A stretch of 64,000 nucleotides of DNA. Origin: an uncultured Clostridia bacterium (lineage in GTDB: Bacteria > Bacillota > Clostridia > TANB77 > CAG-508). Shown one piece after another: positions 31,778-42,229 of this stretch. Made by a program: the position numbers and the translations under genes. The stretch is from the NCBI GenBank assembly GCA_934122235.1, contig CAKOWE010000001.1, forward strand, positions 30,204 to 94,203, written 5' to 3'. The notes below the pieces were generated by a model. The model did not search any database and was not told the DNA's origin. It was given only the letters and a program-made list of their open reading frames with translations. The stretch's first letter is position 1. Each line of letters starts with the position of its first letter.

Positions 31778-31953
31778 AAGTGCCCCCTCCATTCAAAAAA
31801 TATAATTTAATATTATATTTTACAAAATTTTAAAAAATATACATTAATATTTCGTAAGTATTACATTTAAATGACATTTGTGTTATATATATTGACTTAT
31901 GTTAAAGAACATTTATACTAATATTGAATGATTGTATAAAAGGAGAGAAATAT

Positions 31954-32190
31954 ATGTTAAAGCAACAAAAAGGAATAACTTTATTGACATTAGTTTTAGC
32001 AATAGTTGTACTGCTATTCTTAGCAGCAGTAGCTATAGCAATGGTTTTAGATGAATTGAAATATGACCCAGAACCAGTAGAAGTACAAACAAGCCATGCT
32101 ATAAGCACAAATGATGCAAATCAAGAAACACCAGTACCAACGGAAGAAGTTGCAGAAACACCTGCAGTTATTGAAGAAACACAAAATTAA
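31954..32190 (+). CDS. small membrane-anchored protein with prepilin-like N-terminus
   Basis: MLKQQKGITLLTLVLAIVVLLFLAAVAIA... resembles a class III signal but lacks the conserved Glu at +5. RBS is AAAGGAGAG. Confidence 0.4.
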   Translation: MLKQQKGITLLTLVLAIVVLLFLAAVAIAMVLDELKYDPEPVEVQTSHAISTNDANQETPVPTEEVAETPAVIEETQN

Positions 32191-32207
32191 TAAAATAGGA
32201 GTTTTGT

Positions 32208-33120
32208 ATGAGAATTGGTTTAGACATTGGTGGTAGTCATATTGCAATTGGTTTAATAAACGAAAATTGTGAGCTTGTTATAAAAAGAGAAAAAGACATA
32301 AAAATAAGTGAATCTAATAATCCGTCACAAGCTTTAAAAGATAATATAATTGAATTAATAGAAGAAATTATTAATTATATTGGAAGTAATAACATAGAAT
32401 TAATTGGTATAGCATGTCCACGGAAGTTTACAAGATGGTAAAATTTTAAATGCTAGCAATTTGAATATACAAAACATGGATATTGTAAAAGTTTTAAAAG
32501 ATAAATTTGATAAAAAAATATTGTTAAGAAATGATGCACAATGTGCAGCTTTAGCCGAAAAAGAAATAGGAAGCATAAAAAATTATGATGATGTAATTTT
32601 CCTAACAATAGGAACCGGTATTGGAGGTTCAGTTTTTTTAGGAGAAAAAATGCTAACCCCTAAAAGACAAAGAGGATTTGAGATAGGACATATGGTTATG
32701 GACTTAAATGGTAAAAGATGTACTTGTGGAAGAAAAGGATGTTTCGAAACAATGGCATCAATGAAGAAATTTAAAAATGATATAAAGGAAAGATTAAAAA
32801 TAGATTCAGAAACCACTGGAGTTCAGATAAGACACTTACTTGAATATAAAGATCAATATGATAAAGTAGAAGATATAATAGATAATTATATATATAACTT
32901 GAGTGAAGGGTTAGCAAATTTGATTACTATATTTGCACCAGAGGCTATAGCTATAGGCGGAAGTTTTGCACATTATGATAAGTTTTTATTGAATAAGTTA
33001 AGAAATGAATTAACAAATAAAGATGCATTATTTACTAAAGATTTAGTTCCCCAAATAATATTAGCATCATTAAAGAATGAAGCGGGAATTATAGGGGCAA
33101 CATTAGATAAGGAGGAATAA
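32208..33120 (+). CDS. glk: ROK family glucokinase; needs a +1 shift at CGG 32421-32423
   Basis: MRIGLDIGGSHIAIG...IGIACP-GSLQDGKILNASNL...GTGIGG...CTCGRKGCFET zinc motif. The rejoined product is 303 aa. Confidence 0.8.
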
Positions 33121-33122
33121 AT

Positions 33123-34385
33123 ATGGGAAAGGTAAAATCTCTATTTAAAAAATTATTTGGAAAAGAAGGTTATCTTCAATTAGAGGCACCTAGCTTGATG
33201 GATGATAAAAAAGAAGAGAATACTACAGATAAGAGAACAAATTTTGTAAAACAAATACAACAAAATATAGAAAATAATACCACTCAGGAAGAAGTAGAAG
33301 TTAAGCAACCACAAGCTACTACTGTAGAATATAACCCAGAAGGCATTGCACAAGATTCACAGTGGTACCTTGATTCAGGATTAAGAAGAGATTATTATCA
33401 AACTGGAAATGGTTCTAAATATATGGGAGCATTAGAGGTTATTCCAGAATCTGCTGAAGTTAGGGTAATAAAATGTAAATATAAGGACGAAAATGATCAA
33501 GAATACAAAGTAGAATTAGGAAAAGCTACAACAAAAGATTATACAAAGATTGTTCAAATGATAGATAATATTGTAGCATTGCAATTATCAGGAAAACAAA
33601 AGCAATTAAATGTTACAGCAGATGTAGATAAATTATATGAAGAATTAACTAAAAGTGGATTTAAATTTTCTATAGTAGGGAAAAAGATTCTATCACAAGA
33701 TGACAATAAGCCATTAAAATTGTCTAATTTATCTCAAACTTCACAATACAAAATTGATTTTTCAGAACTTGAAACAGATGATGTTGTGAGTGAAATTCCT
33801 GTTTTAAATACACAAGCTATTGTAAAAGACGAAGGAAAAGAAATGGAAAGTGAAATAAACACTAGCATTAATGAATATATTGGATTTTGTAAATTAGCTA
33901 TAGATATTGGATGCTTTGATACTGTTGATTGGACTAATATAGACATAAGAAATCGTGAATTCAGAAAAGCTGGAAATAGGGATTATAACGAATCTGGAAC
34001 AGTTTTATATAGTAGAAAAACTAGTGCTAAAAAAGAAAGTTTTGATACTATGGAAAGAATTTATTTTACTACTGCAGATGAAATAGCACTTGAAAAATCC
34101 GTAAGAAATGCTTTAGTTAAAAATGGTGAAACTGTTCATTATTACCAAGACGAAAAGGAAAATATGATAAGAGAAATGGCTAGAAACAAAATTGTAGATT
34201 ATACAGTTTTGTTAGAACAATATATACAAGCATATAAAAGCAACAATCCAAGAGCTTTAAATGAAGCTAATTTATTAAATGATATGATGACATTTTCACA
34301 AATAAGTAGAGTTAAACAAAAAGAAAGAACAAATGAGCAAATACAAGAACAGTCTGTTGCTCATGGAGAACTAGATGAAAAATAA
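33123..34385 (+). CDS. hypothetical protein
   Basis: 420-aa ORF translationally coupled to glk. No recognisable motifs. Confidence 0.4.
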   Translation: MGKVKSLFKKLFGKEGYLQLEAPSLMDDKKEENTTDKRTNFVKQIQQNIENNTTQEEVEVKQPQATTVEYNPEGIAQDSQWYLDSGLRRDYYQTGNGSKYMGALEVIPESAEVRVIKCKYKDENDQEYKVELGKATTKDYTKIVQMIDNIVALQLSGKQKQLNVTADVDKLYEELTKSGFKFSIVGKKILSQDDNKPLKLSNLSQTSQYKIDFSELETDDVVSEIPVLNTQAIVKDEGKEMESEINTSINEYIGFCKLAIDIGCFDTVDWTNIDIRNREFRKAGNRDYNESGTVLYSRKTSAKKESFDTMERIYFTTADEIALEKSVRNALVKNGETVHYYQDEKENMIREMARNKIVDYTVLLEQYIQAYKSNNPRALNEANLLNDMMTFSQISRVKQKERTNEQIQEQSVAHGELDEK

Positions 34386-34386
34386 T

Positions 34387-34433
34387 AAAAGAAAAGTTGT
34401 ATCTATTTTTGTAATAGGTACAACTTTTCTTTT
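34387..34433. terminator. bidirectional terminator
   Basis: AAAAGAAAAGTTGTA / TACAACTTTTCTTTT stem. Confidence 0.7.
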
Positions 34434-34452
34434 ATTATTGATTTTGTTAAGT

Positions 34453-34695
34453 TTACTTAAATAATTTTCTTTTGCATTCAATTATTTTTTTCTTATAATA
34501 AATATCAATTAGTTCTAATTGTTGTATAGTAAGAGAGTTTAATGTTTGAGGGTATTTTTCTATAAAATATATAATTTCTTCTATTTGTTTATTTCTGTTT
34601 AATTTTTTGGTTAAAATTGATTCACTATTTGAGTCTTGTATTTTGTAGCTATCAAAGATATTGTTTTTTCTTTTAACATATAATTTATTATTCAT
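34453..34695 (-). CDS. hypothetical small protein
   Basis: 80-aa ORF overlapping the stop of the upstream gene by 8 nt. Confidence 0.35.
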   Translation of the reverse strand: MNNKLYVKRKNNIFDSYKIQDSNSESILTKKLNRNKQIEEIIYFIEKYPQTLNSLTIQQLELIDIYYKKKIIECKRKLFK

Positions 34696-36590
34696 ATGTT
34701 TTCTCCTTACTACTATTTTGTAAAAGCTTTTCTAGCTGATTTAATTTGGCTTGGTTAGCTTTAATACTTTCTAATAATTCTGTTTTTCTATCTTGAGTTT
34801 CATGAATTGGTTGCAATGATGTTTTTGAATGTTCTTGAGTTGCTTTATCATATTCTTGAATACTAGGAACTATTCCAGTTGGGTTAAAGATGTCTTCGAC
34901 GTTTAGGTAGTTATTTTTTGCTAAACTATATACAAAAAAGTTATAATCTAAATTGTTTTCTCTGTTAAACTGTATTTCTTCTATCTTCTTTCTGTATTCT
35001 TCTAATATTAAATAGCATCTAGATAGAAGAAGTTGAGTACTTGAAAGCTGTGATTGCTCGGTAGAATTTGAAGATGAGGGTTCATTATTTAGTTGCAAGC
35101 CCTTAGATTCTAGAACTTTTTTTATACTTGTTATGCTTTTTGAACCTACACATTTTAACGCTAATAGATCTTTTTCAGATAATGAAATAAGTTCAAAAAT
35201 TGTATTAATACCAGCTCTGTGTAAAGAATTAGATAATCTTAATGAAAAATTTAAATCGTCTATATTGGTAGTGTTATTTTTATTTATAAATTGATATGTG
35301 CTTTTTGATGGAGCAACCATAAATAGAAGATCTGATATAGTATCTATATTTTTGTAATTATCTAGTTGCCATAGTTTTTTTGGGGTATCTATTAATTTTT
35401 CTAGTAAAAGTTGTACATATTCTTTTTGCGTATCAATTCCTAATTTTGATAAAGAAACAGACCTGTTTGTATTTTTATTGACAGTAACATGTGCTCTTAT
35501 AATATTTATAATTTCTATTGCATTTTGAATAGTTTCTAACTCTGAATTCACATTTATTGCAATAGAACCGTTTAAATTGCATTGCAGGCAATTTGTTTGA
35601 AACTACATCTTTTTTTATTGCTCTAACATAAGCTCCTGATATACCTAACTGTCTTCCAATTTGCTCAGTAGCAAATTTTTCGCCATTTAGACCATAGGAC
35701 ATTTCAATTATTTCCTTTTGCCTATCTGTAAGTTGATTTATATAGCTGTCAAATATATCAATATCTAGGTACCAACCATCCTGATAAGTATTAGTTATTT
35801 CATCTTGCCCCCAAATGTCTTTATAAAGGGTTATATATGATAATTTTTGTTCTTCTGTAATCTCTCTTTTGGATATTGTAATACCTCTGTGACCACAGAA
35901 TACTTTACCATGAAAATCGTAATTAATTTCTCCGGTTTTGAATTTTTTTGTAAAATTATCAAAAGATCCATAATTTCTTATGATATCTATAACATTAGTT
36001 TTGGGTAAATTATATGTTTTTATTAAAGCTTTAAGTTCTTCTTGAGAATATAAAGATAAAGGATTCTGAGTTGATTTTTTTAAGCTTATAGTTTTTGGTG
36101 GAGATAATTTTTTTGCTTTTTTCGATGATGGTAAAGAAGTGCGTTTTTTATGTTTCGAATCAGAAATTATTCCAATATCTTTAAATTGCTGTAGAATATC
36201 TGCATCCATTTTTAATATACCAGCAAAATATTTATGTCTTATAGAAGATTTTAATAAGCCTATATGATAACCTTTAAAAATAGTATTATATTTAATTTCT
36301 TTACCTGTTTGGTGCATATATTCAGTCATTAATTCCAATTTTTCTTTATCACTTATATTTGAACTTCGATTTCTTTTTTCTTTTGTTATTATACCAGCTT
36401 CAATACATTGAGATAGTAGATTTTCATCTATATCAAGAGTACCATTAAAATACTGTTGCCTAATATGATTTTGGAAAGAAGAAAGGTTGTAACCTTTGTA
36501 ATGGGTGTTACGGCCAACATTTTTGCCTGTCTCTTTGATATATTCCATTAGTAATTCTATTTTTTCTTCAGAGTGCAAACTAATATTCAT
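34688..36590 (-). CDS. multi-domain DNA-binding protein (tandem helicase-associated-like repeats, sigma-70 region 4-like HTH, RpoA-CTD-like HhH); needs a +1 shift at CGG 35570-35568
   Basis: ORFs 35475..36590 and 34688..35551 join at TTT AAA CGG TTC -> ...PAMQFK-GSIAINVNSELETIQ..., about 633 aa. The sigma r4-like segment is LTDRQKEIIEMSYGL...ATEQIGRQLGISGAYVRAI. The alpha-CTD-like segment is LSNSLHRAGINTIFELISLSEKDLLALKCVGSKS. Confidence 0.55.
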
Positions 36591-36703
36591 ATATTACCTC
36601 GATTCATAATATAAAAAACAATTTATTAATATTTTAACATAAAATAATCATTTTAACAATAATGGGTTTAGGCTTTTGGGTGGTGTAATGTAGGTTTGGA
36701 CTA

Positions 36704-36732
36704 TTGACAAATAATAAAAATGAGAATATAAT
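36704..36732 (+). promoter_or_regulatory. sigma-A promoter heading a ~340-nt rnj leader
   Basis: TTGACA (36704-09), a 17-nt spacer, then TATAAT (36727-32). Confidence 0.5.
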
Positions 36733-37076
36733 AAAAACATTAGTTACCAAATTGGTAAAGAAGAGATTTATGTATAAAAAAGAGTGATTCGGAAAAATTA
36801 TTTTATATGCTAGAAATATTTAGGTGTGTTATTTTTAGCAAAAACGTGGATTTTACATATAAGGATGAAAATCTGTATTTTTTAAGTGTTCGGTAAAATG
36901 TAGTTTATATACAAAAAATAATAATGGTTATTGTACCTTTACTAATAAAAACATTAGTTATTAGTTTTGATGAAATCTACAATTTAATTAATAAAGAATC
37001 ATTAGTTTAATATGTTAAACTAATTTTTTTACGTAACATAAATACATATTTAGTATAGGAGGAAGATTAATAGCAA

Positions 37077-38855
37077 ATGGAAGAGAATTTAGAAACAAAA
37101 GAACAAAAAAAAGTAGATTATAAAAATAATCACAAGAGAGTACCAAGACCAATGAAAGACAAAAAAGAAAAAACATCAAAAGAGGTTCAGGTAAAATTCA
37201 AAAAAAGCAATTTAAAAGTTATACCATTAGGTGGTTTATTAGAAATAGGAAAAAACATGACTGTATTTGAATATGAAAATGACATAATCATAGTTGATTG
37301 TGGTTTGGCATTTCCAGAGGATGATATGTTAGGTATTGATTTAGTAATACCAGATATAACTTATTTAGAGAAAAATAAAGATAAAATAAGAGGTTTATTT
37401 ATAACACATGGTCATGAAGATCACATTGGTGCAATACCATATTTTTTAAAACAAATAGATGTGCCAATATATGCAACAGCGCTTACTGTTGGATTAATTG
37501 AAAACAAATTAGAAGAACATAAGTTGTTAAGAAAAACAAGATTAAAAACAGTAAAACAAGGACAAACAATAAATGTTGGTTCAATGAAGGTAGAGTTTAT
37601 AAGAAGCTGTCATAGTATACCTGATTCTGTTATGTTTGCAATTCATACACCTGTTGGAACTGTTATACATTCAGGAGATTTTAAGATAGATTATACACCA
37701 ATAGATGACGAAAGAATGGACTTGGGAAGACTTGCAGAACTAGGAAATAAAGGCGTTTTAGCATTGCTTGCAGATAGTACTAATTCAGAGAGAAAAGGAT
37801 ATACAATGTCTGAAAGATCTGTTGGAAAGGTATTTGACAAACTTTTTGTTAATTGTACAAAAAGAATAGTTGTTGCAACATTTGCATCTAATGTGCACAG
37901 AGTTCAACAAATAGTGAATTCAGCAATAGAGAATAATAGAAAAATTGCAGTTTGTGGCAGAAGTATGATAAACATGATTGAAACAGCAAAAAAATTAGGT
38001 TATATACAGGCTCCCGATGACTTGTTTATAGATATAGATATGATAAAGTCTTATCCAGATGAGCGATTGGTTATTATAACTACAGGAAGTCAAGGAGAAC
38101 CAATGTCAGCTTTAACTAGAATGGCAACAGGTGATCACAAGAAAGTTGAGATAACGCCAAATGATTTAGTTATAATTTCTGCAACACCAATACCAGGAAA
38201 TGAAAAATTTGTTTCAAAGGTAATTGATGACTTAATGCAAATAGGAGCTGAAGTTGTATATAGTTCTTTAGCAGATGTTCATGTTTCAGGACACGCATGT
38301 CAAGAAGAGCAAAAATTGTTATTGTCATTAGTAAAACCAAAGTATTTTATACCTGTTCATGGGGAATATAGACAATTACTTGCACATGCTGAAACAGCTA
38401 AAATGGTTGGAGTAGAACCAGAAAATATATTTTTGCTTACAAATGGAAGAATATTAGAGTTAGGCGAAAAGAATGCAAAACTTGGCGGAACTGTTCCTTT
38501 TGGAAAAATAATGGTTGATGGACTAGGTGTTGGAGATGTTGGAAATATAGTTTTAAGAGATAGACAACACTTATCTCAAGATGGATTAATAATAATAGTT
38601 TTAACAATGGATTCAACTGGAGAAGTTGTTGCAGGACCAGATGTTATTTCAAGAGGATTTGTGTATGTTAGAGAATCTGAAAACTTAATGGAGGATGTAA
38701 AAAGGGTAGTTAGAGAAGAAATAAGAAAATGTGGAGAAAAGCATATAAAAGATTGGGCAACTATAAAATCTGCATTAAAAGATAATTTAAGAGACTATAT
38801 ATATCAAAAAACAAAACGTAATCCTATGATTTTACCAATTATTATGGAAGTATAA
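37077..38855 (+). CDS. rnj: ribonuclease J
   Basis: Metallo-beta-lactamase/beta-CASP motifs THGHEDHIGA, ...DSTN..., HVSGHA. 592 aa, with a Lys-rich N-terminal extension. Confidence 0.9.
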   Translation: MEENLETKEQKKVDYKNNHKRVPRPMKDKKEKTSKEVQVKFKKSNLKVIPLGGLLEIGKNMTVFEYENDIIIVDCGLAFPEDDMLGIDLVIPDITYLEKNKDKIRGLFITHGHEDHIGAIPYFLKQIDVPIYATALTVGLIENKLEEHKLLRKTRLKTVKQGQTINVGSMKVEFIRSCHSIPDSVMFAIHTPVGTVIHSGDFKIDYTPIDDERMDLGRLAELGNKGVLALLADSTNSERKGYTMSERSVGKVFDKLFVNCTKRIVVATFASNVHRVQQIVNSAIENNRKIAVCGRSMINMIETAKKLGYIQAPDDLFIDIDMIKSYPDERLVIITTGSQGEPMSALTRMATGDHKKVEITPNDLVIISATPIPGNEKFVSKVIDDLMQIGAEVVYSSLADVHVSGHACQEEQKLLLSLVKPKYFIPVHGEYRQLLAHAETAKMVGVEPENIFLLTNGRILELGEKNAKLGGTVPFGKIMVDGLGVGDVGNIVLRDRQHLSQDGLIIIVLTMDSTGEVVAGPDVISRGFVYVRESENLMEDVKRVVREEIRKCGEKHIKDWATIKSALKDNLRDYIYQKTKRNPMILPIIMEV

Positions 38856-38867
38856 TAAAATACAGCA

Positions 38868-38895
38868 ATACCAAGCCTTTTGAGACTTGGTATTA
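38868..38895 (+). terminator. terminator after rnj
   Basis: AATACCAAG / CTTGGTATT stem followed by a T-rich tail. Confidence 0.6.
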
Positions 38896-39125
38896 TTTAT
38901 TTGTTACTATTTTGTTACCTATGGTTTAAGTTTTATGAGAATTTATTTTATATTGAATAGAAATTCATTCTGTTAATGCTAACGAATATTGTAAAAATGA
39001 AAAAATATATAAAGTAATGTTTGCAGAAAGTCAAAAAATAGGATATAATATTTAAGATTTAAAATTATATGTAGAGTTTTATAAAAAAGCTGAATTAATT
39101 TTGTCTATTATTATGGAGGTATAAA

Positions 39126-39764
39126 ATGGATAATAAGGATAAAATAGATGAACTGATGGCTAAATTAATTGCAATTCATGATGAATTGCAGACAGAAACT
39201 ATGCATAAAGATATTGTAAAAAAGTATAATTTATATCCAAAATTTATTGCAGATTTTCAATATGTAACAGATATGGATAAGCTCCGTGAAAATATAGAAT
39301 TTATAATTGATGGTGTAAAAAGTGGAAAAGATAATGTAAAAATTGCTGCTGATTTAGGATATGGTTTAAATGTTTTAACCTATATTATAAGAGAAATGGG
39401 ATATGGTGACTTTAATAGGGATAAAGCAGAAGAAACACGAAAGATAGAAAATGTATGGAAATGCTATAAGTTTGGTGAAATGCCATGTAGAATAGCTAAA
39501 CTATATGGACTTACTGTAGAAGAAACAGAATTTATTATAAGTAATTTTGAAAAAAGAGTTAATAAACGTATAAAAAGGGTTATTAAACGTAAGCTTGAAG
39601 AAGGCTTTGACAGAGAAGCGGAAAAGGAAAGTATAAGAAATTGCATGAAAGTGAGTGATGAAATAATTGATTACATAATGGATGAAAAGCCTTTAAACAA
39701 GCCAGATGTATTAAAAACTACAAGAATAAAAGATATGAGAGAGGTTGATAGAGATGAGTTATAA
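39126..39764 (+). CDS. hypothetical protein with HTH-like repeats
   Basis: 212-aa ORF whose end overlaps the gltX start. Has repeated short helix-turn-helix-like segments. No family recognised. Confidence 0.4.
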   Translation: MDNKDKIDELMAKLIAIHDELQTETMHKDIVKKYNLYPKFIADFQYVTDMDKLRENIEFIIDGVKSGKDNVKIAADLGYGLNVLTYIIREMGYGDFNRDKAEETRKIENVWKCYKFGEMPCRIAKLYGLTVEETEFIISNFEKRVNKRIKRVIKRKLEEGFDREAEKESIRNCMKVSDEIIDYIMDEKPLNKPDVLKTTRIKDMREVDRDEL

Positions 39765-41391
39765 AGAATTAGCAGATTTAATATTTCCAAATGCTAAGGA
39801 AATATCATATTATGAGGAAAAATATCCAGAAAGAAATTTGCCAGAAGGAGCAATAGTTACAAGATATGCTCCTAGTCCTACTGGATTTATGCATATAGGA
39901 GGTCTATATCAGGCTTTAATAGCTATCAAATTGGCTGAGCAAACTAAAGGGGTATTCTTTTTAAGAGTTGAAGATACTGATCAAAAAAGAGAAATAGAAA
40001 ATGGAGTAGAAGAAATTATAAGTGCTTTAAAAAAATTTGGACTTGAAGCAGATGAAGGAATGACATCAAGTGAAACAGAAAAAGGTATGTATGGTCCATA
40101 TAAACAAAGTAAAAGAAAAGAAATATATGAAGCGTATGCTAAATCTTTAATAGAAAAAGGACTAGCATACCCATGTTTTTGTACACCAGAAGAATTAGAA
40201 GAAATAAGAAATAAACAAGAAGCTGCTAAAATAAGGCCTGGATATTATGGCGTATGGGCAAAGTGTAGAAATCTTCCAATAGGTGAGGCAATAGAAAGAA
40301 TAAAAAATGGCGAAAAATATATAATAAGATTCAAATCTCAAGGAAGAGAAGATAGAAAAATAAAACATCATGATGTTATAAAAGGAAATGTAGATTTCCC
40401 AGAAAATGATCAAGATATAGTAATAATAAAAGCAGATGGACTTCCAACATACCATTTTGCTCACGCAATAGATGATCATTTAATGAGAACCACGCATGTA
40501 ATAAGAGGAGATGAATGGCTATCATCAGTCCCATTGCATTTACAATTATTTCATGAGTTAGGTTTTAAACCACCTAAATATGCACATATTGCTCCAATTA
40601 TGAAAAATGATGAAGGAAATAAGAGAAAATTAAGTAAAAGAAAAGACCCAGAAGCTGCTGTTAGTTACTATGAAGAAGAAGGTATACCAGAATTGGCAGT
40701 AAAAGAATATTTATTAAATATAGCTAATTCTAATTTTGAAAATTGGAGAAGAGCAAATCCAGATAAAAAAATAGAAGAATTTGAACTTCAATTAAATAAA
40801 ATGGGAGTTAGTGGAGCTTTATTTGATATGGTAAAATTATTAGATGTAGCAAAAATAGTTATATCTAAAATGTCAGCTGAGGAAGTATACGAAAATGCAT
40901 ATAATTGGGCTAAAAAATATGATTCTAGTTTAGAAAAATTATTAAATGATAAAGAATATGCTGTAAAAGTATTTTCAATTGAAAGAGGAAATAAAAAGCC
41001 AAGAAAAGATATTTCAAAATGGTCAGAAATAAAGAATAATATTTGCTATATGTATGATAACGAAACAATAGATTATAATTATCCAGAAACAATGAATAAA
41101 GAAGACATTAATAAAATTTTAAAATTATACATAGAAAAATATTTTAACATAGAAGATGACAAACAAACTTGGTTTGATAAAATGAAAGACTTAGCTGAAA
41201 ATGTTGGTTTTGCAAGAGAAGTTAAAGAGTATAAGCAAAATCCAGAAGCTTATAAAGGACATGTTGGAGATATTAGTATGGTAGTAAGAGTTGCGGTTAC
41301 AGGCAGACAAAATACACCAGATTTGTATGAAATAATGCAAGTGTTAGGAAAAGATAGAGTTGAAAAAAGAATAAATGCAGCTATAAAATAA
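39754..41391 (+). CDS. gltX: glutamate--tRNA ligase (long form)
   Basis: RYAPSPTGFMHIGGLYQAL (HIGH) and KLSKRK (KMSKS) motifs, plus the PTYHFAHAIDDHLM core. Confidence 0.85.
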   Translation: MSYKELADLIFPNAKEISYYEEKYPERNLPEGAIVTRYAPSPTGFMHIGGLYQALIAIKLAEQTKGVFFLRVEDTDQKREIENGVEEIISALKKFGLEADEGMTSSETEKGMYGPYKQSKRKEIYEAYAKSLIEKGLAYPCFCTPEELEEIRNKQEAAKIRPGYYGVWAKCRNLPIGEAIERIKNGEKYIIRFKSQGREDRKIKHHDVIKGNVDFPENDQDIVIIKADGLPTYHFAHAIDDHLMRTTHVIRGDEWLSSVPLHLQLFHELGFKPPKYAHIAPIMKNDEGNKRKLSKRKDPEAAVSYYEEEGIPELAVKEYLLNIANSNFENWRRANPDKKIEEFELQLNKMGVSGALFDMVKLLDVAKIVISKMSAEEVYENAYNWAKKYDSSLEKLLNDKEYAVKVFSIERGNKKPRKDISKWSEIKNNICYMYDNETIDYNYPETMNKEDINKILKLYIEKYFNIEDDKQTWFDKMKDLAENVGFAREVKEYKQNPEAYKGHVGDISMVVRVAVTGRQNTPDLYEIMQVLGKDRVEKRINAAIK

Positions 41392-41460
41392 TGCATAATA
41401 TTTGAACTCGTAAAAAATGAATATAATTATATTAAGAATAAATTTTTTAGGAGGAATCCT

Positions 41461-41634
41461 ATGGAATATAATGTGGGGGATATTGTAAAATTAAAAAAAC
41501 AACACCCATGCGGAAGCAAACTATGGGAAATAACTCGAGTAGGAGTAGATTTTAAACTAAAATGCTGTGGCTGTGGGCATGTAATAGTTGTAGAAAGACC
41601 AAAAGCATTAAAAATGATAATATCAAAAGAATAG
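41461..41634 (+). CDS. DUF951-like small protein
   Basis: 57 aa, MEYNVGDIVKLKKQHPCGSKLWEITRVGVDFKLKCCGCGHVIVVERPK..., with RBS AGGAGG. Below the ORF-track length cut-off. Confidence 0.6.
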   Translation: MEYNVGDIVKLKKQHPCGSKLWEITRVGVDFKLKCCGCGHVIVVERPKALKMIISKE

Positions 41635-41819
41635 CTTTAGATGGAGAAATATAAAAGTGAAATGAACATTTTAGGGTTCGTTTTGAAGATATATTTCTTC
41701 TTTTTTTGCAATTAAGATAAAAACTATTGCAATATAAAACATATTGGTATATATTTATGTAGAAAATTAAATTAGCATCATTAGGTAATTAGAAATAAAA
41801 CGAAGGAGAATTTTTAATT

Positions 41820-41885
<66 letters not shown>

Positions 41886-41912
41886 TCTAAAAAACGAAAT
41901 AAAAACATAGAT

Positions 41913-41966
41913 AAACACAATATTCTATGTGTATTTTTTATACGCATTGAATATTGTGTTTTTTTG
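41913..41966 (+). terminator. rho-independent terminator after the sORF
   Basis: 13-bp stem AAACACAATATTC / GAATATTGTGTTT with an internally paired loop, followed by TTTTT. Confidence 0.65.
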
Positions 41967-42229
41967 TTAGTTTTATTGCAATATATAATAGCATTTTTGT
42001 TCTGCTTTCCAAGGTATTTAAGATATATATACTGTATGGATGATGATATACACTGAACTTTATTTAATCTTCAATGTAGAACTCGCCCTAATATTTATAT
42101 ATCTATTAGATATTACATAAAGTGTTTTTTTATGAAACTAGTATTCGTAGTTAAATTTATATATAAGAAATATCAAATACTATGGAAAGTGTGTAATTGA
42201 TAAATATGAACAAAGGAGGAAGAATTTAA

